A stretch of 64,000 nucleotides of DNA. Origin: Bacteroidota bacterium. Its GTDB lineage: Bacteria; Bacteroidota; Bacteroidia; Bacteroidales; GCA-2711565. Every line of letters starts with the position of its first letter. Within the stretch, counting starts at the first letter, position 1. Location of the stretch: positions 64,554-128,553 of the forward strand of contig JAHIVC010000099.1 of NCBI GenBank assembly GCA_018816945.1, read 5' to 3'. Shown piece after piece: positions 1 to 8,638 of this stretch. The notes beneath the pieces were generated by a model. It was not told the origin of the DNA, ran no database searches, and saw nothing but the letters and a program-made list of their open reading frames with translations. The position numbers were made by a program, and so were the translations under genes.

Positions 1-1457
1 AGGTTATAGTCCATGCTGACTCGGGAAGAGAATTTCAAATCTTTGATGATTTCCCATTCAAGAGTTGTGTTTGAAATCGCACGTGTTAAATCATTATAGG
101 TTACGTCATGTTCTGCTAAATACAGAAAATTATAGTTTGAACCGGCTGTATTTAAGTTGGGTTCACCGTTTTCATCATAAGGCTGAATCCATGGTGAAAA
201 GAAGAATGCTCCGGCACGAGGATTGGCAAAATATGCACTACCTTCAAGGAATCCGGTTTGATGTGTGTTTGAAACATTCACATTTGTAGAGAATTTAACG
301 TTTTTTCTGAAGTTTCTGTTAAAATTTAAAGTACCGGTCATTCTTTCAAATTCCTGATTGATAACAGTTGCTTCTTGTTTCAAATAACTAAAAGAAGTGT
401 AGAAAGACGATACATCATCTCCACCTGTTGCAGATAATGAAAGGTTCAATACCGGTGCATCTTTATTATCGGTTACGTCGTTCCAATTAGCTACAGGTCT
501 CCCTGCATCGATCCATGCTTTTAGTTTACCATTATCCCTGCCGGTATTGGCCAGGTAATAATTAAGCGCACCATCTCTGGTAAAACCGGCAGTTGGGCCG
601 TAAGTATTAAAAAGTGCATCCAGCATTAATTCTTCACGCTGAGCACCTGTTAAAGCCAACCTACCATCAACTGCTTCATTTTGAAAACCGTAAGTAGAAT
701 TAAAAGCAAATTGTGTTTTACCTGACTTACCTCTTTTGGTGGTAATTACAATTACCCCATTAGATCCACGGGCTCCATAAGCTGAAGTTGCAGAAGCATC
801 TTTCAAAACGGTTAAAGATTCAATATCTGAACTGTTCAAAGAAGCAAGCGCACTTAATGAAGTTCTTGCAGATGATCCGGAAAAGTTATCATTTACAACA
901 GGAACCCCATCAATAACAAATAAAGGTTCATTACCTGCCGTAAGTGAACCAACCCCCCTGATCCGGATATCCTGGGTAGATCCGGGAGTACCTGAAGTAG
1001 TAGAAATGGTTAAACCGGCCACTTTACCTTGTAGGGCTTGGTCAACTGAAGTTACAGGAATTTGCGCAAGTTGATCTCCGGCAATCTGAACGGTTGAACC
1101 GGTGATTTCGTTTTTACCTTTGGTTCCATAACCAACTACAATAACTTCACCCAGAAGAAACAAATCATCCTCCATTACAACATTAATTGTTGTTTGATTG
1201 CCGATGGTTATTTCTCGTTTTACCATCCCAATGAATGAAAATTCAAGAATGGTTGCAGATTGGGGAACATTTAAGCTATATGTTCCGTTTATGTCGGTTG
1301 TTACACCAATGGTGGTTCCTTTAACAACGACCTGAACACCAGGTATTGTAGAACCATCCGCTGCACTAGTCACCTTACCGGTGATAGTTCTACCCTGAGC
1401 AAATGCGAAATGCATACCCAGGAACAGGAATAATACAATAATTGTAAATCGTTTCAT
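1..1457 (-). CDS. SusC/RagA-family TonB-dependent outer-membrane transporter, N-terminal ~485 aa (C-terminus lies beyond the left window edge)
   Basis: Absent from the ORF track because it is open at the edge. My own minus-strand translation from the ATG (cat at 1455-1457) reads MKRFTIIVLFLFLGMHFAFAQGRTITGKVTSAADGSTIPGVQVVVKGTTIG...VIVVGYG...DIESLTVLKDASATSAYGARGSNGVIVITTKRG, with no stop seen down to position 1. It is a paralog of the 4190-7324 protein. Confidence 0.85.
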   Translation of the reverse strand, partial: MKRFTIIVLFLFLGMHFAFAQGRTITGKVTSAADGSTIPGVQVVVKGTTIGVTTDINGTYSLNVPQSATILEFSFIGMVKREITIGNQTTINVVMEDDLFLLGEVIVVGYGTKGKNEITGSTVQIAGDQLAQIPVTSVDQALQGKVAGLTISTTSGTPGSTQDIRIRGVGSLTAGNEPLFVIDGVPVVNDNFSGSSARTSLSALASLNSSDIESLTVLKDASATSAYGARGSNGVIVITTKRGKSGKTQFAFNSTYGFQNEAVDGRLALTGAQREELMLDALFNTYGPTAGFTRDGALNYYLANTGRDNGKLKAWIDAGRPVANWNDVTDNKDAPVLNLSLSATGGDDVSSFYTSFSYLKQEATVINQEFERMTGTLNFNRNFRKNVKFSTNVNVSNTHQTGFLEGSAYFANPRAGAFFFSPWIQPYDENGEPNLNTAGSNYNFLYLAEHDVTYNDLTRAISNTTLEWEIIKDLKFSSRVSMDYN

Positions 1458-1703
1458 AAATATAAATTTTTATTAATTAAAAGGTTTCGTAGTTAAACAT
1501 TCTTTTAAAGAGTTCTCGAAAAGAATTCAACTTCTTAAACTTAAGAAATTGATTATTCGAAATGGGTTTCATCATAGGCATTAATTTTTGTTATTAATTG
1601 ATTTGTGTTAAATATATCTTAGCAAATATGGCATAAATATACGAGAATTTTGCACGTACAAATAACTGCAAAATTTTCCAATTTTCTTTATACTCTAATC
1701 GAA

Positions 1704-1959
1704 ATATGCTTATGTTCAGAATTGACGGGAAATTAGCAAGTATCTAATACTTGGGAAACCTTATTTATTACTAATTGTCACCCTTATAAATAATGATTGT
1801 TACAACATATCCCGAATTTTTGTTAATAATCCATCATTATTTTAAGCCAAAACCAAATAAGGTTTCAATTATTAAATAACAAAAAAAATTTATTTGCCCA
1901 TAAATATATAAAAATATGCGAAACAAAAACAAAAAGGGATAAAATGACTGAAAAAAAGC
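1704..1959. repeat. Conserved non-coding block upstream of the left susC (copy A)
   Basis: About 250 nt, by eye ~90% identical to 7507-7758, with a few substitutions and small indels. It lies ~250-500 nt upstream of the susC start at 1457. A shorter shared piece (ttcat(cat)aggcattaatttttgttattaat) sits at 1567-1600 and 7428-7458. Confidence 0.85.
1737..1753. promoter_or_regulatory. Perfect 7-3-7 palindrome CAAGTAT-CTA-ATACTTG (candidate operator), copy A
   Basis: Read directly. Identical in both conserved blocks. Confidence 0.4.
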
Positions 1960-2035
1960 GATGAACTGTCTGACAGCAAGCTATCGAGGTGTCAATTTGG
2001 AAATTCTTTTTATTGATGACGCAAGCATCGGAGTA

Positions 2036-2163
2036 CCTACCTACGGCAGGCAGATTTCGCCAACTTTATTTCAGCAAAAAGCTGAAAACAGAATTTTCAT
2101 TATTTCACCCCTCTGTCAGTCATTCGACTGACATCCCTTCCTGCGGCAAGCTACCGTGTACCC
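2036..2163. repeat. Multi-hairpin intergenic repeat element, copy 1
   Basis: The 80-nt core 2059-2138 (gccaactttatttcagcaaaaagctgaaaacagaattttcattatttcacccctctgtcagtcattcgactgacatccct) matches 14846-14925 at 79/80. It contains hairpins ttcagc/gctgaa and gtcagtc/gactgac. The flanks are similar but diverged. Confidence 0.9.
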
Positions 2164-2442
2164 ACAAGTTTTGAGTTGTACATTTAATAAGATTATGGAG
2201 CGTAGGCCTGAAAAAACGGCGGGCGTGGGGTGGCATCGTGGGGAGATAGCATCGTTTTTTCTGTCTTTTTCTTTTGTTCGTCCCGACTAGTCGGGATGAA
2301 CAAAATGAAATTTTAACAGCATGGAAAAAGGGATATGATTCACAAGAATAGACTTGGAGTCATAGTATTAAAGCTGGGATTAGAAAGATTAAGTTATATA
2401 ATAAAAGGAGCCGAACTTATAAAAGATGTGTCCACACAGTAG

Positions 2443-2477
2443 CTGCGGCAAGGCAGGTCCCCTATAAATAGGGGAGA
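2443..2477. repeat. Hairpin module ctgcggcaaggcaggtcccct-N-aggggaga (second module of the same family)
   Basis: Matches 14928-14963 apart from loop bases. In this copy it is separated from the core by ~300 nt, whereas it is contiguous in the 14.8-kb copy. Confidence 0.8.
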
Positions 2478-2640
2478 AAATTTGCAAACCCCGAAGCAAG
2501 CATCAAAGCACCTAACTGCGCAAGCAGGCGTTCATCTTAAAGATTTCAAGGCACTATCCCCCCATAAAATGCTTTTTCTTGTTTTATTGCCAATAAGTTT
2601 AAAATTCTCATAATTCATTTCGTTATACGATGGCCATTAT

Positions 2641-2671
2641 AAAAAAAGGCTGCCTTTTGAGGGGCAGCCTT
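2641..2671 (-). terminator. Intrinsic terminator after susD
   Basis: A 9-bp stem aaggctgcc/ggcagcctt with an 8-nt loop. On the minus strand it is followed by T7 (plus-strand a2641-a2647). Confidence 0.8.
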
Positions 2672-2694
2672 TACAAAATTAAATTCTAATGTTA

Positions 2695-4167
2695 CTAATT
2701 GTCAACCATTAACTTATTAATATTCAGTTCGGTTTCGGGAATAGGCCAAATATAGGTTGGGCTTGTTGAAGCCACGGCTGCCACACCGGTTTTTGCAGGA
2801 ATGGTAGATAGTGTTCTTAACAAATCCATATTGCGTATTCCTTCACCCAAAAATTCCATACTTCGTTCGAGCATTATTGCATTCTGGAATGCCTGTGCAT
2901 TCGCAAAACTAGCTAATGTATAAGCACCTCCCGGATAAGAGCGGGTTCGAACGGCATTTAGCAGGTCAACTGCTTTTTGCGATACGGCATTATTTCCTCT
3001 TACAATAGCTTCGGCATAGTTCAACAAAACCTCTGCATATCTGATAACAGGGGCATAATCTGATTTAGTTGTAAAGTCTAACCATTTTCCGGGGAAATAA
3101 CGAAGTGTTCCACTTACAGTAGCTGTTTGAAATATCGCTTTACGGGCATCATTTGCATTTGCGGCTAAGGCAGTATATGCTTCTCCGGTCACTTCTAAAT
3201 AATGCGATTCACTGGATGACGGATGATAATAATGCCCTAATGCGTTTTGGGTACCGGGTTGATTCGTTGCAGTAAAGGGCATTGAAAAAATGGATTCCTT
3301 AGTTGTATAAGGACTTGCCCAGATTCCGGCAAAAGTTGGGTTCAGCCCATTGGCTACTCCTGCAGATGCAACAAACGGAGCACTTGCGGAAACCATTTTT
3401 GCAGCTTCGGTTTGAACCTTGGCAAAATCGTTCATATGTAAATAAACTCGGGTTTTATAGGCTATGATGGTATTTTTATGAACCCGTGTAGTATTCAATA
3501 GCGGTGTTGAATAATTGGCGACAGCAGAAGCTTCAGCAGCATTAAGATCAGCCAAAATTTGAGTATACACTTCAGCTACAGAACTACGTGCCATATCATT
3601 ACCATCACCGGTTTTATAAGCAGTGATTCGTAATGGAAGCCCAAGACTGCTACCAGCGTTTTTATTGTATGGCTGAGCATACAACTGTAACATCGAGAAG
3701 TAGGAAATTGCTCTTAAAGTCAATGCTTCAGCTTTATATCCTTTATACTCAGCCTCGGTAATGATCCCGGTAAGTTTTCCTGAATCCCAATTTGCATCTA
3801 AACCTTCAATGAAAATATTAATGGCATTTACGGCAGCATATACTGCACCCCATAAATTTTGAACTTCATTGGTCGAGTTTACTACGGTATGACTAAAAGT
3901 TGCAAAACCTGTAACCCCATTTGTACTTTTAGGAATAAAATTATCGGCCCTGATATCATTGTAAACAAAATATCGTCCGCCCATAAAGTTTCCTACTTTC
4001 ATCATTGCATACATCCCGTTCACCTGGCCAACAATGCGGTCCTTTGTATCAAAAGCCTGCAATTCGCCTAAGGCTGTTTTTGGTGCCGGATCGAGCCTGT
4101 CTTTTGAACAACTCACAACCAGAACCATAATCAATAATATAATTGATCCTTTCAATATATTTTTCAT
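2695..4167 (-). CDS. SusD/RagB-family nutrient-binding outer-membrane lipoprotein
   Basis: 490 aa with a lipoprotein signal (LIMVLVVSC). It lies 22 nt downstream of a SusC-type gene and carries the SusD-like C-terminal motif RSMEFLGEGIRNMDLLR. Confidence 0.85.
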   Translation of the reverse strand: MKNILKGSIILLIMVLVVSCSKDRLDPAPKTALGELQAFDTKDRIVGQVNGMYAMMKVGNFMGGRYFVYNDIRADNFIPKSTNGVTGFATFSHTVVNSTNEVQNLWGAVYAAVNAINIFIEGLDANWDSGKLTGIITEAEYKGYKAEALTLRAISYFSMLQLYAQPYNKNAGSSLGLPLRITAYKTGDGNDMARSSVAEVYTQILADLNAAEASAVANYSTPLLNTTRVHKNTIIAYKTRVYLHMNDFAKVQTEAAKMVSASAPFVASAGVANGLNPTFAGIWASPYTTKESIFSMPFTATNQPGTQNALGHYYHPSSSESHYLEVTGEAYTALAANANDARKAIFQTATVSGTLRYFPGKWLDFTTKSDYAPVIRYAEVLLNYAEAIVRGNNAVSQKAVDLLNAVRTRSYPGGAYTLASFANAQAFQNAIMLERSMEFLGEGIRNMDLLRTLSTIPAKTGVAAVASTSPTYIWPIPETELNINKLMVDN

Positions 4168-4189
4168 AATTTCTATCGTTTAATAGTGA

Positions 4190-7100
4190 CTAAAATGAAA
4201 CATTTACACCAAATGAGTAAGTTCTGGCCTGAGGTACCGTATTTCTGTCGATACCTGGTGTAAGGTTGCTATTTCCGTTGGCTGAAACTTCGGGATCTGA
4301 ACCTGTATAACCGGATATTACCAAGGCGTTGAAAACCTGTGCATAGAACCTTACTCTTTCAATTCCCCATGAACTAGGAATATTCTTTAATGTATAGCCA
4401 ACAGTTATATTGCGAACTTTTAAGTAATCACCTTTTTCAACGTTTTCAGATAGTACCATTGTAGAACCATTTGAGGTGTTATCGTTAAAAATTGGTTTCG
4501 GTATATTGGTGATGTCGCCCGGTTGTGACCAAGCTGTTTCATATACCTCAACCGTGTTGTTCCACCATCTTTGATCTCTCAAACCTGCCTTTGAACCGTT
4601 GTATAATTCGAAACCAAGCGCATAAGTTAAATTTAAAGAGAAATCAAAATTCTTATAGGTAAGGGTATTGTCTAAACCACCATAAACTGTTGGAAGAGGA
4701 GAGCCCAATATTTTCCCATCTGCATTAAGGGAAATTGCAGGGGCATTTCCACTACCATCCCTGTATTGCCATTGGGTAGCTGCGGAATTTTCACGATAAA
4801 AAAGAACTTCTTTACCGGCTGCGTTAACAAAAACCCTTCTACCTGTTGCAGGATCAACCCCTCTTGTTTCGATACCAAAAATATTTCCTACAGGAGATCC
4901 GATCATTGTACGGCTGGTTGTTTCCAAACCTGACGTCCTCCCGACAATTTCAGTTACACCGGGTGCCAATTCGGTAACTTCATTTTTAAGGGTACTGATA
5001 TTAAAATTGGTTGTCCAGGTGAAATCTTTTTTAGCCACATTATAACTTGTTAGCGAAAGTTCGAGACCTGTATTGTACATAGCTCCTATATTCATTGGAA
5101 TAGTATTGCCAGGTACCCCTTTTGAAGGAGACTGGGGAACATTGAGTATAAGGTCGTTCACATCATTATAGTACCAGTTCAGATCAACCTGAATTTTATC
5201 TTTAAGCAAGCCAAAGCTTAGGCCTATGTCATATTTATCACTCTTTTCCCATTTTAAATCAGGGTTACCTGCTTGATTGAATATCCATGTTGGTGCAGCA
5301 CCATAAACACCTGAACCATATAGGAATAAAGATGCGTATGAATCGATACCCGACATATTACCAACTTGTCCGTAACTGGCTTTAAATCGTAAATCAGAAA
5401 ATAACTCGCCTAATTTTCCGTCTTTCACAAAACTTTCATTTGAAAGGTTCCACATTAAAGATGCACCACCGAAAAGTCCATATTTATTATCTTTTGCTAA
5501 ACCTGAATATCCATCCTGACGCACACTGGCTTCGAAAAAATATCTTTTATCGTAGTTGGCATTAAAACGTCCGAAATAGGAAATGAAATAATTTTCATAT
5601 TGGGCTCCACCGCCCATTCCTGCAGTAACCCACGAACCCTGATAGGTTTCAAAAAATGGGTCAGCCACATTTGTTTTGTTGCCACTCCATCTATTTCCGG
5701 CAGTATATTGCTCCTCTGTACCGGCAAGAATACTTAAATTTGTTTTTTCTTTGAGGGTATACGAATAATTCACGGTATTGGTCCAGGTCCATCGGTTCAA
5801 ACGTTCGAAATTGTTTGTAGCATTCCCATTTGCAGAATAACCGTCACCGGTGATTCCGGATTGGAATGTAATGGATTCAACAGAAAGGTTATCGATACCA
5901 TAAACGGTTTTAAACACCAAATCTTTAATTGGTTCATAAGAAACTGAGAAATTGGCCAATACCCTGTCGGTTTGTGCTGTAAATGTATTGAGTTCGAATG
6001 CAGCAACAGGATTATAATAGCCATAATTTGCTACAGGTTGTCCCATATTTCCGATTGCCGAACCATTGATGTTATAGGTTCCATCGTTTTTAAAAGGTGC
6101 TATGTTTGGAGGAAGCACAAAAGCCAATCGGCCTGCACCTGCAGTATTAAATCCCTGACCAGGCAATGATCCTGTATTTGGCGCTTCATTCATTGAATTG
6201 GTAACCGTAATATTAGCACCTAAATTAATATACTTGTTCAATTTATGATCAAGATTGAACCTGACATTTTTTCTTGAATAAGTATTATTAATAACCATAC
6301 CTTCCTGATCGGTAAAGCCGGCTGAAAGATAATAAGTTGTTGAAGGAGAGGCTCCGGAAATGGTCACTGCATGATTATGTTGGAACCCAGTTCGATATAC
6401 CAGGTCTGCCCAATCCGTGTCGATAGGTTTGCCATCTGCATCGGTTGGAATAAAGAATTGGAATGCCAGTTGAGAAGGAAAATTTGCCAGTGCTTTGTTT
6501 TTATGCTCAACATATTGTGTGGCATTCATCATGTCAAAAATATTAAACGGTTGGGTATAACCAAAAGATCCATCGTAAGTAACTTTTGTTTTAGCAGTAT
6601 TTCCACGTCGTGTAGAAATTAAAATTACACCATTGGCAGCTCTGGATCCATAAATGGCTGTTGCTGATGCATCTTTTAAAATTTCCATTGATTGGATATC
6701 TGAGGGGTTAATATCGCCAAGGGGGTTTGATGCGGCACTATTTTGTGATACATCACCAGTAAAAACAGGTACTCCATCTACGACGATAAGTGGATAAGAA
6801 GAGGATGAAATTGAGTTAAAACCCCTAACCCTGATTACAGGAGGGTTATTCAATACCCCATTGGGCATGGTGATCATTACACCGGCAGCTTTCCCTTGTA
6901 ATGCCTGGTCGAAACTTTGAACAGGAACTAATTTAAGGTCATCGCCCTTTACGGATGATATGGCACCGGCAACATCTCGCTTCTTTTGTACACCATAACC
7001 AACAACCACTACTTCATCAAGTGAGGTTGAAGACATGTTCATTTGAACATTAATTACGGATTGGCTTCCTATCTCAATCTCTTGAGTAACCATACCAATA

Positions 7101-7324
7101 TAAGTAAAGCGAAGAATTTGAGCAGATGCAGGTAATGTAAAAGCATACTTGCCATCTATGTCAGTTGTTGTACCTATAGTAGTTCCTTTAACAACCACCT
7201 GTACACCAGGTATTGTAGAACCGTCTGAAGCACTTGTCACTGTACCAGTGATAGTTCTTCCTTGGGCAAAGGCAAAACTAATGCCCAGAAACATGAATAA
7301 TACAATAATTGCAATTCGTTTCAT
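4190..7324 (-). CDS. SusC/RagA-family TonB-dependent outer-membrane transporter
   Basis: 1044 aa with a signal peptide and a carboxypeptidase-regulatory-like N-domain (GRTITGTVTSASDGSTIPGVQVVVKGT). Plug motifs are present (VVVVGYG, ILKDASATAIYGSRAANGVILISTRRG) and the barrel ends ...YSFGVNVSF. There is no STN/anti-sigma N-extension. Confidence 0.9.
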   Translation of the reverse strand: MKRIAIIVLFMFLGISFAFAQGRTITGTVTSASDGSTIPGVQVVVKGTTIGTTTDIDGKYAFTLPASAQILRFTYIGMVTQEIEIGSQSVINVQMNMSSTSLDEVVVVGYGVQKKRDVAGAISSVKGDDLKLVPVQSFDQALQGKAAGVMITMPNGVLNNPPVIRVRGFNSISSSSYPLIVVDGVPVFTGDVSQNSAASNPLGDINPSDIQSMEILKDASATAIYGSRAANGVILISTRRGNTAKTKVTYDGSFGYTQPFNIFDMMNATQYVEHKNKALANFPSQLAFQFFIPTDADGKPIDTDWADLVYRTGFQHNHAVTISGASPSTTYYLSAGFTDQEGMVINNTYSRKNVRFNLDHKLNKYINLGANITVTNSMNEAPNTGSLPGQGFNTAGAGRLAFVLPPNIAPFKNDGTYNINGSAIGNMGQPVANYGYYNPVAAFELNTFTAQTDRVLANFSVSYEPIKDLVFKTVYGIDNLSVESITFQSGITGDGYSANGNATNNFERLNRWTWTNTVNYSYTLKEKTNLSILAGTEEQYTAGNRWSGNKTNVADPFFETYQGSWVTAGMGGGAQYENYFISYFGRFNANYDKRYFFEASVRQDGYSGLAKDNKYGLFGGASLMWNLSNESFVKDGKLGELFSDLRFKASYGQVGNMSGIDSYASLFLYGSGVYGAAPTWIFNQAGNPDLKWEKSDKYDIGLSFGLLKDKIQVDLNWYYNDVNDLILNVPQSPSKGVPGNTIPMNIGAMYNTGLELSLTSYNVAKKDFTWTTNFNISTLKNEVTELAPGVTEIVGRTSGLETTSRTMIGSPVGNIFGIETRGVDPATGRRVFVNAAGKEVLFYRENSAATQWQYRDGSGNAPAISLNADGKILGSPLPTVYGGLDNTLTYKNFDFSLNLTYALGFELYNGSKAGLRDQRWWNNTVEVYETAWSQPGDITNIPKPIFNDNTSNGSTMVLSENVEKGDYLKVRNITVGYTLKNIPSSWGIERVRFYAQVFNALVISGYTGSDPEVSANGNSNLTPGIDRNTVPQARTYSFGVNVSF

Positions 7325-7506
7325 AAAATAATTTTTAGATTAAATAATGGTTTAGATTGTAGGCTGTTCACTAAGAGAGTCAAATCCCTTTAACTTCTCA
7401 TTCAAGGAAGGATTTTTTGTCACTTTATTTCATAGGCATTAATTTTTGTTATTAATAGATTTTGGTTAAAATTTTTATTGCTAAATTTTCTTTAAAGTCT
7501 AATCTA

Positions 7507-7758
7507 TATATGCTTATGTTCAGAATTGTCGGGAAATTAGCAAGTATCTAATACTTGGGAAACCTTATTTGTTACCAATTATCACCCTTATAAATGATGA
7601 TTGTTACAATATATCCCGACTTTTGTTAATAATCCATCATTATTTTAAGCCAAAACCAAATAATGTATAAATTATTAAATAACAAAAAAATTTAATTTGC
7701 GATAAATATATAAAAATAAGCGAAACAAAACAAAAAAATTAAGTGGCTGAAAAACAGC
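7507..7758. repeat. Conserved non-coding block upstream of the right susC (copy B)
   Basis: Partner of 1704-1959. The sequence between the block and each start codon (1458-1560 versus 7325-7425) is not similar. Confidence 0.85.
7541..7557. promoter_or_regulatory. Perfect 7-3-7 palindrome CAAGTAT-CTA-ATACTTG (candidate operator), copy B
   Basis: Read directly. About 400 nt from the LuxR-type regulator gene and ~220 nt upstream of the susC start at 7324. Confidence 0.4.
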
Positions 7759-7781
7759 ACTTAAATTATTAACTTATTTAC

Positions 7782-7827
7782 TATAGAAATAATGAAAATT
7801 CTTATATAGAAATAATGAAAATTCTTA
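7782..7827. repeat. Perfect 23-nt tandem duplication (tatagaaataatgaaaattctta x2)
   Basis: Read directly: 7782-7804 equals 7805-7827. Confidence 0.9.
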
Positions 7828-7915
7828 AAGCTGACTATCACTTTGGCAAGTTATTACCCAAATAATCCTTCGACATACTCAAGATTCCCAGCCTACATCT
7901 GGCAGGAGTTCGACT
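7817..7915. repeat. Partial, diverged copy of the multi-hairpin repeat family
   Basis: gaaaattcttaaagctgactatc (7817-7839) matches 14779-14801 at 22/23. It is followed by ...ctttggcaag... and ...ctggcaggagttcgac... motifs related to the family. Confidence 0.6.
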
Positions 7916-7952
7916 AAATAATTTTGCTTTTCAAAATTATTGTCTTACTGAT

Positions 7953-8564
7953 TTATTTTTTGAAATCAATCCCTACGATCTTATAACTCAATTCGGAGAA
8001 GTTTTTTGAATCTGTCTTTAGTAAAATGTTCTGGCGGTGTGAATCTATCGTAGCCTTACTAATAAATAGAAGGTTTGCTATTTCGCGGCTTGTTTGGCCT
8101 TTCATTGCTAAAATCAGTACTTCTTTTTCCCGATCGCTTAAAGATGCACAAATTGGATTTTGATTTAAATCGATCGATTTTGCAAATGAATGCCTTGATT
8201 TAAAATGATCAATGGCAACTTTCAATTCTTCAATATCAATAGGTTTAAGCAAATAATCAAGCGCTTCCTGCTTTATTGCCTTAATCGCATACTGATCGTA
8301 AGCAGTAATAAAAATAAAGCCCGGAAAAAATCCGGCGTCGTGAACATCACTTAAAACATTAAACCCATTTTTTACAGGCATTTCAACATCTACAAATACC
8401 AAGGAAGGGCGTTCCTCAATAATAAGCTGAACGGCTTTCACCGGATCCCTGGTATATTGAATTACTTCAATTTCAGGAAACATAGAAAGAACATATTGCA
8501 TTCTTTCAAGTGACGCGGGTTCGTCGTCAATAACAACTGTGCGGATTTTTTCGATTTCTTCCAT
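7953..8564 (-). CDS. Two-component response regulator, REC domain plus LuxR/GerE (NarL/FixJ-type) HTH
   Basis: 203 aa. The receiver shows an acidic pocket (VVIDDEP, LVFVDVEMP). The C-terminal HTH reads LSDREKEVLILAMKGQTSREIANLLFISKATIDSHRQNILLK. Confidence 0.85.
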   Translation of the reverse strand: MEEIEKIRTVVIDDEPASLERMQYVLSMFPEIEVIQYTRDPVKAVQLIIEERPSLVFVDVEMPVKNGFNVLSDVHDAGFFPGFIFITAYDQYAIKAIKQEALDYLLKPIDIEELKVAIDHFKSRHSFAKSIDLNQNPICASLSDREKEVLILAMKGQTSREIANLLFISKATIDSHRQNILLKTDSKNFSELSYKIVGIDFKK

Positions 8565-8638
8565 AATAAAACTAAATTGTAAATATATTAAAGTAAATTT
8601 CAGTGTACAAATTTTAAATGTCTGAAAAATTCATTCCT

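Noticed and set aside
1706-1747. A 13-codon plus-strand ORF (MLMFRI[D/V]GKLASI) conserved in both susC upstream blocks (also 7509-7550).
   Set aside because: It is antisense to susC and very short. Its conservation is explained by conservation of the whole block, and its end coincides with the palindrome. It is not credible as a peptide without experimental data.
1989-2174. Track ORF of 61 aa (MSIWKFFLL...) in the long susC/susD intergenic gap.
   Set aside because: It has a GTG start, runs straight through the 80-nt repeat core that recurs at 14846-14925 in a non-coding context, and has no promoter box or coding-like features. It is most likely spurious.
3859-7331. Many 60-85-aa ORFs nested in or antisense to the susD/susC genes. 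Analogous nested ORFs occur throughout the track (for example 9543-9725, 12801-13064, 16969-17262, 25820-26167, 32099-32498, 33318-33548, 58296-59552).
   Set aside because: They lie inside long, motif-rich genes on the same or opposite strand. Their sequences are compositional mirror images of the real frame (for example Arg/Leu/Ser-rich) and carry no recognisable motifs.
7782-7827. Tandem and phased short repeats (7782-7827, 19942-19980, 21473-21509) considered as a CRISPR array.
   Set aside because: The units are 7-23 nt with no unique spacers of CRISPR size, occur in only 2-4 copies, and no cas genes are in the window.
8160-8173. The FNR-like site TTGAT-TTAA-ATCgA.
   Set aside because: It has one mismatch, lies inside the response-regulator coding sequence and is far from any respiratory gene. 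This is the kind of match expected by chance, and I used it as a background example.
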